DNA from: Thecamonas trahens ATCC 50062
Lineage: Eukaryota; Protista; Apusomonadida
DNA length: 64,000 bases
Direction: 5' to 3'
Assembly (NCBI RefSeq): GCF_000142905.1
Contig: NW_013657633.1
Coordinates: forward strand, 191,855 to 255,854
The position numbers and the translations under genes were made by a program. Under the pieces are notes generated by a model, which was not told where the DNA came from, searched no databases, and worked only from the letters and a program-made list of their open reading frames with translations. This document shows positions 32,931 through 43,242 of this stretch, in pieces; positions within the stretch are counted from its first letter, which is position 1, and each line of letters begins with the position of its first letter.

Positions 32931-33028
32931 GCCGAGTCGGTGCCGCCCCACTCGCCGGCCGAGTCGGTGCCGCCCCACTCGCCGGCCGAGTCGGTGCCGC
33001 CCCACTCGCCCGCCGAGTCGATGCCACC
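32931..33028. repeat. 27-bp tandem repeat (about 3.5 units) in the divergent intergenic region
   Basis: gccgagtcggtgccgccccactcgcc(g/c) three times plus a partial unit. Confidence 0.9.
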
Positions 33029-33118
33029 TGCCAAGCCCGCGCTACTCAAGTCAGCGTCGCCCCCCCCTTCCCCCCCCCCTCTCCCTCACCGTCTCTCCGC
33101 CCACCCCTCTCCCCTGGC

Positions 33119-34528
33119 ATGCATCCGGCACTGAGCCCCATTGCAGATGGAGGACGGCGGAGAGGGGCGTACGCCCTGGCCGGGCGGCCGAAGACCACGG
33201 CGTTGGTACCTTCTGTCGCCCGGCCGGACCTCTCCGCCCTGCGCTTCAAGGGCCATCCGCTGATGGTGGCGCCGACACGGACCAAGGGCGAGCACCCGAC
33301 CATTCCGGGCCTGTATCACATGGCGCTCAAGCGGAGCGTAGGCAAGGGCAAGTGGCGCACCGTCGTCACCGGCTGGTTCGGCCCGGCAGAGATCGAGTCC
33401 ATCGCCGTCGCCCTCTCCCGGGCAGAGATCTCCCTCGCCGACATCGACACTGTCTGGCTCGCTTCCACCTCGTCGCCTGCTGCTGCTCCCTCGCCGCCCG
33501 CTTCATCAGCCGCCGCATTGTGTCCGCAGCCGCTGGCAGTGATCGGTCCGGCTGGTCCGCCTCCACAGGCGGGGAGCTGGGCGCTTGTTCCGCCGGACAC
33601 TACCGTTGTGTTCAACGGGTACCACATGTTTAGCAATCCTATCCATGCGGTTGTCGATCGTGAGCGTGGCTTCCGCGCCCTCGACCCAGTCCCAGTCCTC
33701 TACTGGTACATCAAGGCTGGGAACGTTCCCATCGCCGACGGCTGGTTCGGCCCTGATGAGCTGCTTCCGCGCGTGGCCGCCGCTTGCCAGGACGACAACG
33801 TCCACAGTAAGTATGTTCCTTCCGTTGCTTCCACCTGCAGCGCCTTTGCTGCGCCCTTCAACGAACCGCTTCCCCTCGAGGATCCGCGCCACGTCGATGT
33901 CCGCAAGCGGCGGACGGATCAAGTCCGCATCCTGCCCGAGGCTTCCCGCGCGCCCGTTCCAGACTCGGTCGACTTTTCCCTCGACAACTACTGGCTCTAC
34001 GGCCTGCCGCTGACTACCAGTCTCACCGTGGCCTCGGGCATGCATCCTGTTGTTCGCGAGGCAGCTTACGTGCATGTTGTGTTGTCGCAGATGGGCGGCC
34101 GCGCGCTGTGGTGTGGCTGGGCTACTCCGCATGAGACCCGCTACGTGGCATACTGCCTTGTACGCGACGCGGCTATCGCGTACGCTGTTGATGCCGGCTC
34201 GGCGCTCCACTCGCAGCTCGACGCTCAACTCAAGCTCCTCCCTGATCCAGCCTCCCTTTCTTCGCTTGATCTAGACGTACCAGGCGATATGTCGCTCAAG
34301 CTCACCCTCGATGCGAATGCAGGCGTCCGCCCTCGCCCGAACCGTCCGCCGCAGTACCGATTCAAGGTGTATGATGCGAATTGGAATCTGCTCGACAAGC
34401 CGCGGTGGGCCTCGGTCGACTCGCTTGCCTCTGTCATCGCCACCGCCAAGAACCGGCTCAAGCGGCTCCGCGCTGCCGCTGGCTCTCCGTCTCGTCCTGC
34501 CAAGCGCATCAAGTCGTCGCGTCCTTGA
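33119..34528 (+). CDS. Orphan protein with about 4 internal repeats of a (G)W(F/A)xPxE-containing module
   Basis: Good codon usage; recurring GWFGPAE, GWFGPDE, GWATPHE, RWASVDS; basic C-terminal NLS-like PAKRIK. Confidence 0.7.
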   Translation: MHPALSPIADGGRRRGAYALAGRPKTTALVPSVARPDLSALRFKGHPLMVAPTRTKGEHPTIPGLYHMALKRSVGKGKWRTVVTGWFGPAEIESIAVALSRAEISLADIDTVWLASTSSPAAAPSPPASSAAALCPQPLAVIGPAGPPPQAGSWALVPPDTTVVFNGYHMFSNPIHAVVDRERGFRALDPVPVLYWYIKAGNVPIADGWFGPDELLPRVAAACQDDNVHSKYVPSVASTCSAFAAPFNEPLPLEDPRHVDVRKRRTDQVRILPEASRAPVPDSVDFSLDNYWLYGLPLTTSLTVASGMHPVVREAAYVHVVLSQMGGRALWCGWATPHETRYVAYCLVRDAAIAYAVDAGSALHSQLDAQLKLLPDPASLSSLDLDVPGDMSLKLTLDANAGVRPRPNRPPQYRFKVYDANWNLLDKPRWASVDSLASVIATAKNRLKRLRAAAGSPSRPAKRIKSSRP

Positions 34529-34564
34529 CAACGAGAGCAGGCAGTTGTTTCCTTTAAACGAATT

Positions 34565-37252
34565 TCATCGCGGACGCATTGCGTGTCGCGGCGATAGCGT
34601 CGCCCCCGGCCCGGCGACATGGGCAGGGTGGACGGGGTCGTGAGCGGTGGTCGAGTCCGAAGCGGCGGCGGCATCGGCCGCCGCCGCCTCGCGCATCAGC
34701 CGACTCTTTTCCATGATCATGTGGTACATGTCGGCCTCGGCCTTGAGCTCGCGCTCCTGCTCACGCGCCACGACGGCGCGCTGCTCGGTCTGCAGGTTCA
34801 CCGCTGACTGCTGGATGTATTCGTGCATGGTCCCGAGCCGGGTGAGGTCTGGCGAAATGGGCCGCACCTCCTCAGCCTCGAGCTCGGCGTCGATCTCGGT
34901 CCACACCTCGCCGACCTTGTACTTAAAGTACTCCAGAATGAGCCGAAGTGCCGTCTTGTGCCGGCAGCTGAGCCCAGTGTGGCCCTGAAACCCGAGCTTG
35001 CAAAAGAGGGCAAAGACTTTGGCCCGCATGTTGGCTCGCACGTCGGCAATCGCCGGCGAGACCTCGTCGCCGTCGCCGCCGTCGCCGTCTGCCTCGGCCG
35101 CCGCGGCCGCCTCGAGCTCGAGCACAAAGGCCGCAGTCCGCCCGTACTGTGCCACCGCGGCAAAGGCAGGCGCTCCACCCTCGCCTTCATCGTCATCGCT
35201 CACGGCCACAGGCGCCAGTGGGGTATCCACGTTGCCGATGACCCCGTGCCTGTCGAGCGCCACGCCCAGCTCGGCCTGCGACGTCTCCCAGGCCTCGAGC
35301 AAGAGATGGGCCACTGAGCGCTCAGCGTCGCGGCCGGACCGCCACCTCCGCACATACGCCACCGTGTAAGGATGGTCGAGCAGGTCGAGGATAACACCGA
35401 GGCCATGGTTGGTGATCTCGGCCGGCAGCTTCGGCGTGTCAAGCAGGTCGAGGAGGGCAAAGACGCCATCGGCCCGCAAGAACTGTGTCTCGGACTCGAT
35501 GATGCCCACCACTGCGGACCAGATGCAGTCGATGGCTGCGAGAACAATGGTGGGCTCGCGCTCAGGGTCGCTCATGTCAAAGTTGAGGAGTGCGATGACG
35601 GCGTCGATGCCGCCTTCGAGGAGAAACTCGGCCTGGTTCGCTGCGTTTTCGGCGGTGAGGACCGAGAGCGTGAGTGCCGCATCGCGCCGCAGCTTGACCT
35701 CGAGCGTCGCGTCCTTGAGAATGGAGAGGAGGACAGCAACAAGGCCGAGCTCGCCGTACTGCGTCGCAAACAGGGCCGCAGTGTTGAGGACGAGCTTGCT
35801 CAGACCGGAGCGCAGCGCCGCTGGCGGAGGTTCATCAAGGTGCTGCACAAAGGCGTCGATGACAAGCGACGGACCGTTGCCGGCGGCAAACTCGGCCGGA
35901 ACCTCGGCCGCGAGGTGGAAGAGCAGCGAGGTGGCGAGGACCTGCAGCTCGCGGTGCTGGTGAAGCGTCCACTGGAGCAGCGTCCCACGCTCTGCACCCG
36001 GATCAAGGTACATGAGGAGAACACGGACAAAGGAGGCGCTGATGAGCGCCGCCACACCGTCGGGGGTGGTCGTTGTCGAGAGCACCAGGTTCCACAGCAG
36101 CTTCTTCATCTCAAAGTCCTCTTCGGTGCAGCCAAGAGCCGTCAGCGGGAGCTGCGGGAGTGATGCCGGGACGCGTGCCGTCTCGCGGGCGCAAGCCAGC
36201 TCGAGGAGGAGGGTGGTAAAGCCTGCGGCCACAAAGGCGTTCGGGTCAACATAGCCCGAGTTGGCGAGAAGTGTGGCGAGGATGAGGACCTCATTGCGGA
36301 GATGGCGGTCGTTGCGCTTACGCGAGTGAAGGAGGAGCGAGGCAAAGACGCCGCGGATGTCGGCCAGAACCTCGACAGAGTCCATCTGGGCGTGGGCCTC
36401 GGGCACGGCCTCGAGCACGTTCCACACCAGCTCGACCAGGACCTCCAACCTTGCCGGGGCGCGCGCGCAGCCGGCAAACAGTCGCGCGGCAAGTGCAATT
36501 CCACCAGCATCGGCAATCTGGGCGCAGTGCGACGGGAGCGAGCACGAGAGCGAGAGCAGAGCGTCCACGATGGCGTCGACGGTCTCTACGGCGCCGTCGC
36601 CGGCCTCCATGGCGCGGCCCAGAGCCTGGACCAGGAGCGGGATGCAGCCAGATATAGAGACAGCATGCTGATTATAGCGTAGCGGCTCACCGTCCTCGCG
36701 CCTCCCTGCGGCATCATAGGCGGCGAGAGCCGTGGCAGCCGCCGCCGCGGCATCAGGGACAAAGACGGCGCTGGCAGCATGGGCCAGAAAGGCGACCAGA
36801 GCCACGACATGATCAAACAGAATGAGTTCGTCTGACGCGCCAGCAGCTCTCAGCGGGCGAGCAGCCAGAGCCAGAAGATCCCTCAGAGGAGCGGCATAGG
36901 GCCTGGCATCGGAAGCGTTGGCGGCGTTGGTGACGGCGGCTTCGAAGACAGGCACCAGCCGCGGCAGATCCCTCAGATGAAAGCCGCCGGCAGCAGCATT
37001 GGCACTCGCCACTTTGGCCAGAGCAGCCGCATGACGAAGCGCAAGTCCGCTCGAGTGTCGCGAGGTGAGGAGGGCAAAGACCTGCTCCAACGGAGGCGCG
37101 TTGGGCGTCACGCCCCCGGGCAGCTCCGTCCCCCCGCCCTCCTCCTCGGCCGTTGCCCTCCGCCCGCCCGTCGCCACTGCTTCTGCCGCTGCTGCTGCCG
37201 CCACTTGCTCGTCCCTTGCCTCACCGGCAGTCCGGGGTGGGGAAGCTTGCAT
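34565..37252 (-). CDS. CFAP69: Cilia- and flagella-associated protein 69 (ARM-like)
   Basis: GFHLRDL, DRHLRNEVLILA, EDFEMKKLLWN, WTLHQHRELQV, NMRAKVFALFCKLGF, YFKYKVGEVWTEIDAELEAEEVRP match conserved CFAP69 blocks as recalled. Confidence 0.8.
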   Translation of the reverse strand: MQASPPRTAGEARDEQVAAAAAAEAVATGGRRATAEEEGGGTELPGGVTPNAPPLEQVFALLTSRHSSGLALRHAAALAKVASANAAAGGFHLRDLPRLVPVFEAAVTNAANASDARPYAAPLRDLLALAARPLRAAGASDELILFDHVVALVAFLAHAASAVFVPDAAAAAATALAAYDAAGRREDGEPLRYNQHAVSISGCIPLLVQALGRAMEAGDGAVETVDAIVDALLSLSCSLPSHCAQIADAGGIALAARLFAGCARAPARLEVLVELVWNVLEAVPEAHAQMDSVEVLADIRGVFASLLLHSRKRNDRHLRNEVLILATLLANSGYVDPNAFVAAGFTTLLLELACARETARVPASLPQLPLTALGCTEEDFEMKKLLWNLVLSTTTTPDGVAALISASFVRVLLMYLDPGAERGTLLQWTLHQHRELQVLATSLLFHLAAEVPAEFAAGNGPSLVIDAFVQHLDEPPPAALRSGLSKLVLNTAALFATQYGELGLVAVLLSILKDATLEVKLRRDAALTLSVLTAENAANQAEFLLEGGIDAVIALLNFDMSDPEREPTIVLAAIDCIWSAVVGIIESETQFLRADGVFALLDLLDTPKLPAEITNHGLGVILDLLDHPYTVAYVRRWRSGRDAERSVAHLLLEAWETSQAELGVALDRHGVIGNVDTPLAPVAVSDDDEGEGGAPAFAAVAQYGRTAAFVLELEAAAAAEADGDGGDGDEVSPAIADVRANMRAKVFALFCKLGFQGHTGLSCRHKTALRLILEYFKYKVGEVWTEIDAELEAEEVRPISPDLTRLGTMHEYIQQSAVNLQTEQRAVVAREQERELKAEADMYHMIMEKSRLMREAAAADAAAASDSTTAHDPVHPAHVAGPGATLSPRHAMRPR

Positions 37253-37259
37253 GGCGTGC

Positions 37260-37690
37260 GTATGGGTGGGTGGGTGGTGAAGGTGGGTGGGTGTGGGGGT
37301 GTGGGGGGGGTTGGGTGGTGGGGGGTGGGGGTGGGCAGGCGGTGTTTGGCTCGGCGAGTGGCGGCGGGCGGTGGGCGGGTGGCAGTGGCGGACGGTGGGT
37401 GGTGGCGGTGATCGTGATGATGGTGGGAGGGTATGGGTGTGGGCAGGCGAGGGAGGATGGCGAGTGGCGGCGGGCGGCGGGCGGGTGGTAGTGGCGGACG
37501 GTGGGTGGTGGCGGTGATCGTGATGATGGTGGTGATGATGATGGGAGGGTGTGGGGGTGGGCAGGCGTTGGGTGGTGGCGGTGATCGTGATGATGGTGGT
37601 GATGATGATGGGAGGGTATAGCGGTGGGCAGGCGAGGGAGGATGGCGAGTGGCGGATCGTGTTGGTGATGGTGATGGTGGCTGGTGCGAC
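37260..37690. repeat. G/T-rich imperfect direct repeats between the SLC35A stop and the CFAP69 start
   Basis: gtggcggacggtgggtggtggcggtgatcgtgatgatggtgg and gggcaggcgagggaggatggcgagtggcgg each occur at least twice. Confidence 0.75.
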
Positions 37691-37729
37691 AAGTGATTTG
37701 GACGGCAGATGCTTGGTGGAATCGTGCAT

Positions 37730-38917
37730 TTATGGACGGACGCCGTTGAGGCCAAAGTAGTCACGCGACGAGTTGTAGAGCGAGACCGAGGCCATGACCA
37801 ACGCTGCGCCAACGGCAAAGACAAGCGACGGCTGCATACCCAGAAAGACGATCGAAAAGAGAGCACAGACAATGACCGAGAACGAGGTGGCAAAGCCCTT
37901 GAGAATGTTGTCGGCGTACTTGACCACCACGGCCACAGTCAGCCCGCCAAGCGCGTAGACCATGATGATGAGCACTACAATCGCACCGTAGCCGCGGAAG
38001 AAGCCGTACTCGGCAATGGCCGCTCCGTCAGACACATACGCCCCAGCGAGGGCAAGGACAGAGCCGATGGCTCCGAGCTGGATGTTACGGATCCAGACCG
38101 AGACCTTGGAGCCCTTGAGAATCTTCTCAAAGTACACGGCGGCAAAGCCCGAGAGCAGGCACGCTGAGAGTACCGCCAGAAAGCCCGTCAGCTGTGAGCC
38201 GTAGTGGACCGACGACGAGTGGGCCTCGCCCTCGCCCGGCGGGCGGATCCCAAGCTGGACGAGCGTGACGCCGGCGGTGAGGACTACCAGGGCGAGCCAC
38301 TGCTGGTTCGAAAGCTGCTTGCCGAGGATAAAGACTGAGAACAGCGCTGTCGTCATCAGCTTGAGCTGGTACGTCAGCTGGGTGGTGGCAGCGTCCAGAT
38401 TCGACGTGGCCACAAACAGCAAGTTGTTCTGCACCATGTAGATAAAGGCTGGGACGCCGACCTTGAAAGTATCCCAAGGATCGGCCAGCTGGGAGGAGAG
38501 CTCGATCTTTGCAGCACTCCAATCCCAACCATGCTCATGCGAGAGGAGAGCAAAGGAGCAGATGAGCTTGACAACCTCCACACAGACCACCACCGTCGAC
38601 GAGATGTACGATGGCCCCTTGAGCGTCCTCGAGTAGTTCATCAGCAGCAACTGAGTCGAGTTCTGAAAGACAAGCACCACCAGCGCAACCTTCTTCATCA
38701 TCTGTTCCTTGGCCGACAGTCCATGAACTCCCGCAGGCATCGGCAGCTCGCCCATACCCTTCCCTGTCGTCCCATCACCACCACCACCACCACCACCACC
38801 ACCACCGCCACCGAGTGCCACTCCGACCAACCCAGCCCCTGCTCCAGCCCCAGCCCCAGCCACAGCCCCAGCCCCAGCACCCGCACCCGCACCCGCACCA
38901 GCCCCTGAAGACGACAT
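37730..38917 (-). CDS. Golgi nucleotide-sugar transporter (SLC35A2/A3-like; UDP-Gal/UDP-GlcNAc)
   Basis: VPAFIYMVQNNL, TYQLKLMTTALFSV, SGFAAVYFEKILK, WIRNIQL, VKYADNILKGFATS; Gly/Ala-repeat N-terminus; start uncertain. Confidence 0.92.
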   Translation of the reverse strand: MSSSGAGAGAGAGAGAGAVAGAGAGAGAGLVGVALGGGGGGGGGGGGDGTTGKGMGELPMPAGVHGLSAKEQMMKKVALVVLVFQNSTQLLLMNYSRTLKGPSYISSTVVVCVEVVKLICSFALLSHEHGWDWSAAKIELSSQLADPWDTFKVGVPAFIYMVQNNLLFVATSNLDAATTQLTYQLKLMTTALFSVFILGKQLSNQQWLALVVLTAGVTLVQLGIRPPGEGEAHSSSVHYGSQLTGFLAVLSACLLSGFAAVYFEKILKGSKVSVWIRNIQLGAIGSVLALAGAYVSDGAAIAEYGFFRGYGAIVVLIIMVYALGGLTVAVVVKYADNILKGFATSFSVIVCALFSIVFLGMQPSLVFAVGAALVMASVSLYNSSRDYFGLNGVRP

Positions 38918-39871
38918 CCACCTCCGCTGGCTCACTGTCTGTCCCCGCGTTGCCTTTGCTCTGCCCCTGGTTCTGCAGTGGCGTGTGTGGCCCTGTCGTC
39001 CTCTCCCTCTGGCTGCGGCTGTCGCTGTCGCGGTGGCTCTCGCTGCCTGCCGCCCGTTCGCCCAATTCCTGCAAACCTGACAATGCCGCACGAATCGAAT
39101 GGTGGCTACGCTCACACAGGATCGCTCACACTGGTGCACTCACTGGCCGCCCGCGGCTGTTGCGCTGGTGTCCGATCAGGGGAGGGGGGGGGGGCAAACG
39201 CGCACTCGGGTGACGGCGGGGTGAAATAGTGGTCGTCATGGATGTGTGGGGCTTGTTTGGCCGTTGCTTGACGTTCTGTCGAGTTTGGAAGTCGATCGGG
39301 AGCGGTTTATGAGCGGTCATGGCTGGCGCCGGGGTGTCTATCGCAAAGGAAGAATCGCGGTCAGACTGACTGCTACATTGTTTTCCGCGCCAATGGACGT
39401 GATCATGCTCGCCATTGGTGTGTGGAAGGGTTGTTTGTCCAGATCGGGGCGCCGGGTGGCTTGTTATCGTCGATCGCTTACCTGCGCATCGCATCGCACA
39501 GCATCGCAGCCTTGCAAGTCGTGGACATTCTCAATACTACATCACCAGCTGTGACAATAGTTGTGTTCATCGCGTCGCGGGGGTGTGGTTGGTTCGCCAT
39601 CGTGGGTCACACAGCGCGCCATCTGACCACGGTGATCACATCCACGATAATCGGCTGCACCAACATGACGTGGCTACACTCCAGCACACCATCAGAGGAT
39701 ACCACATGTCCTGTAATCGCGAGTTAAGCCCAATGGCCATGATCTCACTTGCCATGTGTCTCTGCCGCACGTCAGCCCGTTGACGTCATCGAACGTCACC
39801 ATGCGACACCACGTCAAAATGGGCACCCGTAACCTCATCCCGCACCACATTCGTCCCTTTCCCCATTAGAC

Positions 39872-41599
39872 ATGCTACACACACCATCGTTTCCATCCGC
39901 ACCCAATCTGGGCGAAGAATCCCTCGGCGAAGTCGCTCTTCACGTCCGGCCAGCCCATCCGCTCGGCCACGCGGCAGCGATCGCCGCGCGCCTCGCTGGC
40001 CTTGATGCGCTGACGACCGAGAGTAGCCCGGCGACGTCATCCTCGTTCGCTGATGGGCTTCCGCCAGCAGTGCTCATTGTCCACGACAGGGTCGCTTGTG
40101 ACGATCCGCTCTCCATCTGTACTGCCATCGACGATGCTGCTGGTGGCCAGCTCGCCGTCGCGTCCAAGGTAGCTGCCGGCATCTACGCCCGCCTCCTCAT
40201 CCCGATCTACGAGCTGCGGCAGGCAAACAACCAGCGCAAGTATGAAGAGGCGTTTGCCAAGATGTCCGCCGACTGGGACGCTTGTGAGACTGTGTTGGCC
40301 TCGCAGCGGTTCCTCTCCGGCGGCGACGCGCCCGACTTTGCCGACGTCCTCCTCTTCGTCGTCGCCCTCCGGCTTGATCTTGTGTACTACGAGCTGTACA
40401 AGGTCTCGTTCGGCCTTCTACAAGACTACCCTCACATCGAAGGCTTTGTGCAAGATCTGTTCGAGCGCCCGGCGTTTTACACCGACACGCCTCCGCTCGC
40501 CGTCATCAAGACCTTCCACTACACCGGCGAGCCCGATCTCAACCCGCACGGCATCGTGCCGCGCGGCGGCGAGCCCGATCTCCATGGGCCGCACTTTCGC
40601 GACTTTGCCTTTGACGCTGTGTCGGCTGACGATGCTGTCAACGAGGACCAGGACGCTGATCGTGGCCGCGGCGAGTGGGTTCGCGGCCTTTCGGAGCTGC
40701 GGGCGTGGATCGGGCCCGACGACGACTATCCCGTAGCGGGTGATCAGCGATACGTACTCTACGCCCCGTTCAACTGCCCATGGTCGCACCGCACACTCCT
40801 TGCCCGTGCCATCAAGGGTCTGGATGACGCCATCGGCCTTGTCGTTGTCTACTTTCGCCGTGATGCCGACAGTCGGTGGCAGATCAACCCGGCCGTGCCT
40901 GGCTGCACCGCCGACGTGTACGAGGGCATCGCCAAGATTACCGAGCTATACGCGGCGTCCAACTCGGACGAGCGCTCGGTGCCTGTTCTCTGGGATACCA
41001 AGACCAAGCAGATCGTCAACAACGAGTCTGCTGACATTGTGCGCATCTTCAACTCGTCGTTTGCCGATCTCGCTACCAACAGCATCGACCTTTATCCCGC
41101 CGACGCCGCCGACGAGATCGACCGACTCAACCTACTTGTCTATCAGCGCGTGGCCAACGGGGCATACAAGGCCGGCTTTGCTTCATCGCAAGCTGCCTAC
41201 GACCGGGCCTACGATCGCTACTTTCGTGCGCTCGAGTATCTTGATGGCGTGATCCTCGCCGATCGCGAGTGGCTCGCCGGTACACCGCATCCGACCGAGG
41301 CCGATCTCAAGCTCTTCCCGCCCATCTTCCGGCACGACGACGTGTACTTTTCCCGCTTCAAGCTCAACAAGAACAAGCTTGCTGCCTACCCCAACCTCGC
41401 TGCCTGGCGCGATCGCATGCTCGCCTTTCCGGGCGTTGCTGCTGCCTCCAATCTTGATCACGCGCGCAACGGCTACTTTGGCCGCACCGGGTCGGAAATC
41501 GTCCCTGCCGGACCTCGTCGACTTGGTCTCACTCGATCTGACTACAGCGATGACGTTTGGCTCAACCGTGACCAACCAGCCAGTGGCTCTGAAGAGTAA
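39872..41599 (+). CDS. Glutathionyl-hydroquinone reductase (GST Xi class, YqjG/ECM4-like) with an N-terminal degenerate duplicate
   Basis: CPWSHR active site, SVPVLWDTKTKQIVNNESADIVR, NGAYKAGFASSQAAY; the N-half repeats the C-terminal domain (RLDLVYY...LNPHGIVPRG). Confidence 0.9.
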   Translation: MLHTPSFPSAPNLGEESLGEVALHVRPAHPLGHAAAIAARLAGLDALTTESSPATSSSFADGLPPAVLIVHDRVACDDPLSICTAIDDAAGGQLAVASKVAAGIYARLLIPIYELRQANNQRKYEEAFAKMSADWDACETVLASQRFLSGGDAPDFADVLLFVVALRLDLVYYELYKVSFGLLQDYPHIEGFVQDLFERPAFYTDTPPLAVIKTFHYTGEPDLNPHGIVPRGGEPDLHGPHFRDFAFDAVSADDAVNEDQDADRGRGEWVRGLSELRAWIGPDDDYPVAGDQRYVLYAPFNCPWSHRTLLARAIKGLDDAIGLVVVYFRRDADSRWQINPAVPGCTADVYEGIAKITELYAASNSDERSVPVLWDTKTKQIVNNESADIVRIFNSSFADLATNSIDLYPADAADEIDRLNLLVYQRVANGAYKAGFASSQAAYDRAYDRYFRALEYLDGVILADREWLAGTPHPTEADLKLFPPIFRHDDVYFSRFKLNKNKLAAYPNLAAWRDRMLAFPGVAAASNLDHARNGYFGRTGSEIVPAGPRRLGLTRSDYSDDVWLNRDQPASGSEE

Positions 41600-41629
41600 A
41601 CCCCCACCTCATCCGCCTTTCCATTCACT

Positions 41630-41800
41630 TTGATCACCCCCGAACACCCCCTAATCACCCCCGATCACCTCCGATCACCCCGATCACCCCGATCACCCCA
41701 TTCACCCCCGACCACCCTACCCATCCACCCACCCGATCACCCTACCCATCCACCCACCCATCCACCCCGATCACCCCACCCACCCGATCACCCCGCCACG
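41630..41800. repeat. Degenerate GATCACCCC / CCACCC short tandem repeats
   Basis: ccgatcaccc repeated many times just upstream of a poly-C tract and the gap. Confidence 0.8.
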
Positions 41801-41869
41801 CCAATTTGTTCCGTTCGCTCAAAGTCAGGTCACGCGCCTGCCCCCCCCCCCCCCCCCCCCACTACGTTC

Positions 41870-42070
41870 NNNNNNNNNNNNNNNNNNNNNNNNNNNNNNN
41901 NNNNNNNNNNNNNNNNNNNNNNNNNNNNNNNNNNNNNNNNNNNNNNNNNNNNNNNNNNNNNNNNNNNNNNNNNNNNNNNNNNNNNNNNNNNNNNNNNNNN
42001 NNNNNNNNNNNNNNNNNNNNNNNNNNNNNNNNNNNNNNNNNNNNNNNNNNNNNNNNNNNNNNNNNNNNNN
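41870..42070. other. Assembly gap (N run)
   Basis: N bases. Confidence 1.
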
Positions 42071-42180
42071 TTGAGAGTGTTCTTTGCAAGGACAGCATTG
42101 CCGGGGGGCCTTTTGCTCCCCCTCTAAATAGGGGATCTCGTTTTATGCTTTTCCCCCACAAATTTCGTCACTCCACCACC

Positions 42181-43116
42181 ATGCCCAACCACATCAAGCC
42201 TATGCAGCTCCTCGCCCTTGTGGTGACGACGGTCGTCCTCCTCAGCACCAGGACAACGTCTGCCTCGGGCACCACGGCCGGCACCACGGACGTCGGCTAC
42301 CTGCCTGTCTTTGCCTACCATGGCTTTGGCGGGAGTGGCGAGGACTTTGCGACCATGGCCAAGTGGGTGGAGGCAGCGCATCCCGGACAGGACTTTGTGG
42401 CCATCGACATGTTCAATGGCGCAGCATCGTACAAGCCCATGTGGGAGCAGGTCGATGCCGTCGCTGCCTTTATCCGCAACTACACGGCCGTCCATGGCCT
42501 GACTCGCTACCATGTCATCGGCCATTCGCAGGGTGCCATCGCCATGAGGACCCTGGCTCAGTCTATGGATGATCACAACATCGCCTCGCTCATCTCGCTC
42601 GCAGGTCCGCAAATGGGCCAGTTTGGTTCGCTCAACCATTGGCCGGCTCCTCTGCATGATCTGGAGGCCGACCTGGCTTGGATCGTCCTCTACACAAAGC
42701 CTATGCAGGCCACCTTCTCCGCCGCCGGCTACTGGAACGATCCTTACCATCAGAAGGAGTTCTGCAGGGACTCGCTCTACCTTGCGGTGGCTAACAACGT
42801 CTCGTTGCCAAGCAATCCTCGTGCTGACGCCTTTCGCGCAAACATCCTCCGTCTCGGCTCCTTCTCTCTCCTCGGCTCGCCCGATGACGGCACCATTCAG
42901 CCGTGGGAGTCGACCATGTTTGGCTTTTGGAGCGATCACCGCTCGGACATTGTCCCACTCGAGGATCAGCCATTCTACAAGGCTGACATGCTCGGCCTTC
43001 GCTCGCTCGCTGAAGATGGCCGCCTTCACCTCTCCGCCCCCATCGGCGTCTCCCACATGGACTGGGTCCGCGATGAGGCCGTCTTCCGCGCCCACATTCT
43101 TCCGCTCCTTACCTAG
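42181..43116 (+). CDS. Palmitoyl-protein thioesterase (PPT2-like), lysosomal/secreted
   Basis: Signal peptide; PVFAYHG; GHSQG nucleophile elbow; LISLAGPQMGQFG; YWNDP; DDGTIQPWES; SHMDW. Confidence 0.92.
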   Translation: MPNHIKPMQLLALVVTTVVLLSTRTTSASGTTAGTTDVGYLPVFAYHGFGGSGEDFATMAKWVEAAHPGQDFVAIDMFNGAASYKPMWEQVDAVAAFIRNYTAVHGLTRYHVIGHSQGAIAMRTLAQSMDDHNIASLISLAGPQMGQFGSLNHWPAPLHDLEADLAWIVLYTKPMQATFSAAGYWNDPYHQKEFCRDSLYLAVANNVSLPSNPRADAFRANILRLGSFSLLGSPDDGTIQPWESTMFGFWSDHRSDIVPLEDQPFYKADMLGLRSLAEDGRLHLSAPIGVSHMDWVRDEAVFRAHILPLLT

Positions 43117-43242
43117 CCTCGCACTTGCCTGCTTGGCCTGCGGCTTGAGGTGGGAGGCGCGCTCGCACGTGGTGACCCTTTTAAACGCACACGTTCTAAC
43201 GTTCTGCCACTGCTGATGACGAGTAGGCTGCAGATGTCACTA

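Noticed and set aside
32931-33028. Possible CRISPR array (27-bp repeats)
   Set aside because: The units are directly adjacent with no unique spacers, the context is eukaryotic and there are no cas genes.
37253-37729. His/Pro/Thr-rich N-terminal extension of CFAP69 suggested by the ORF track
   Set aside because: It derives from intergenic C-rich repeats abutting the SLC35A stop; the ATG at 37252 is the more plausible start.
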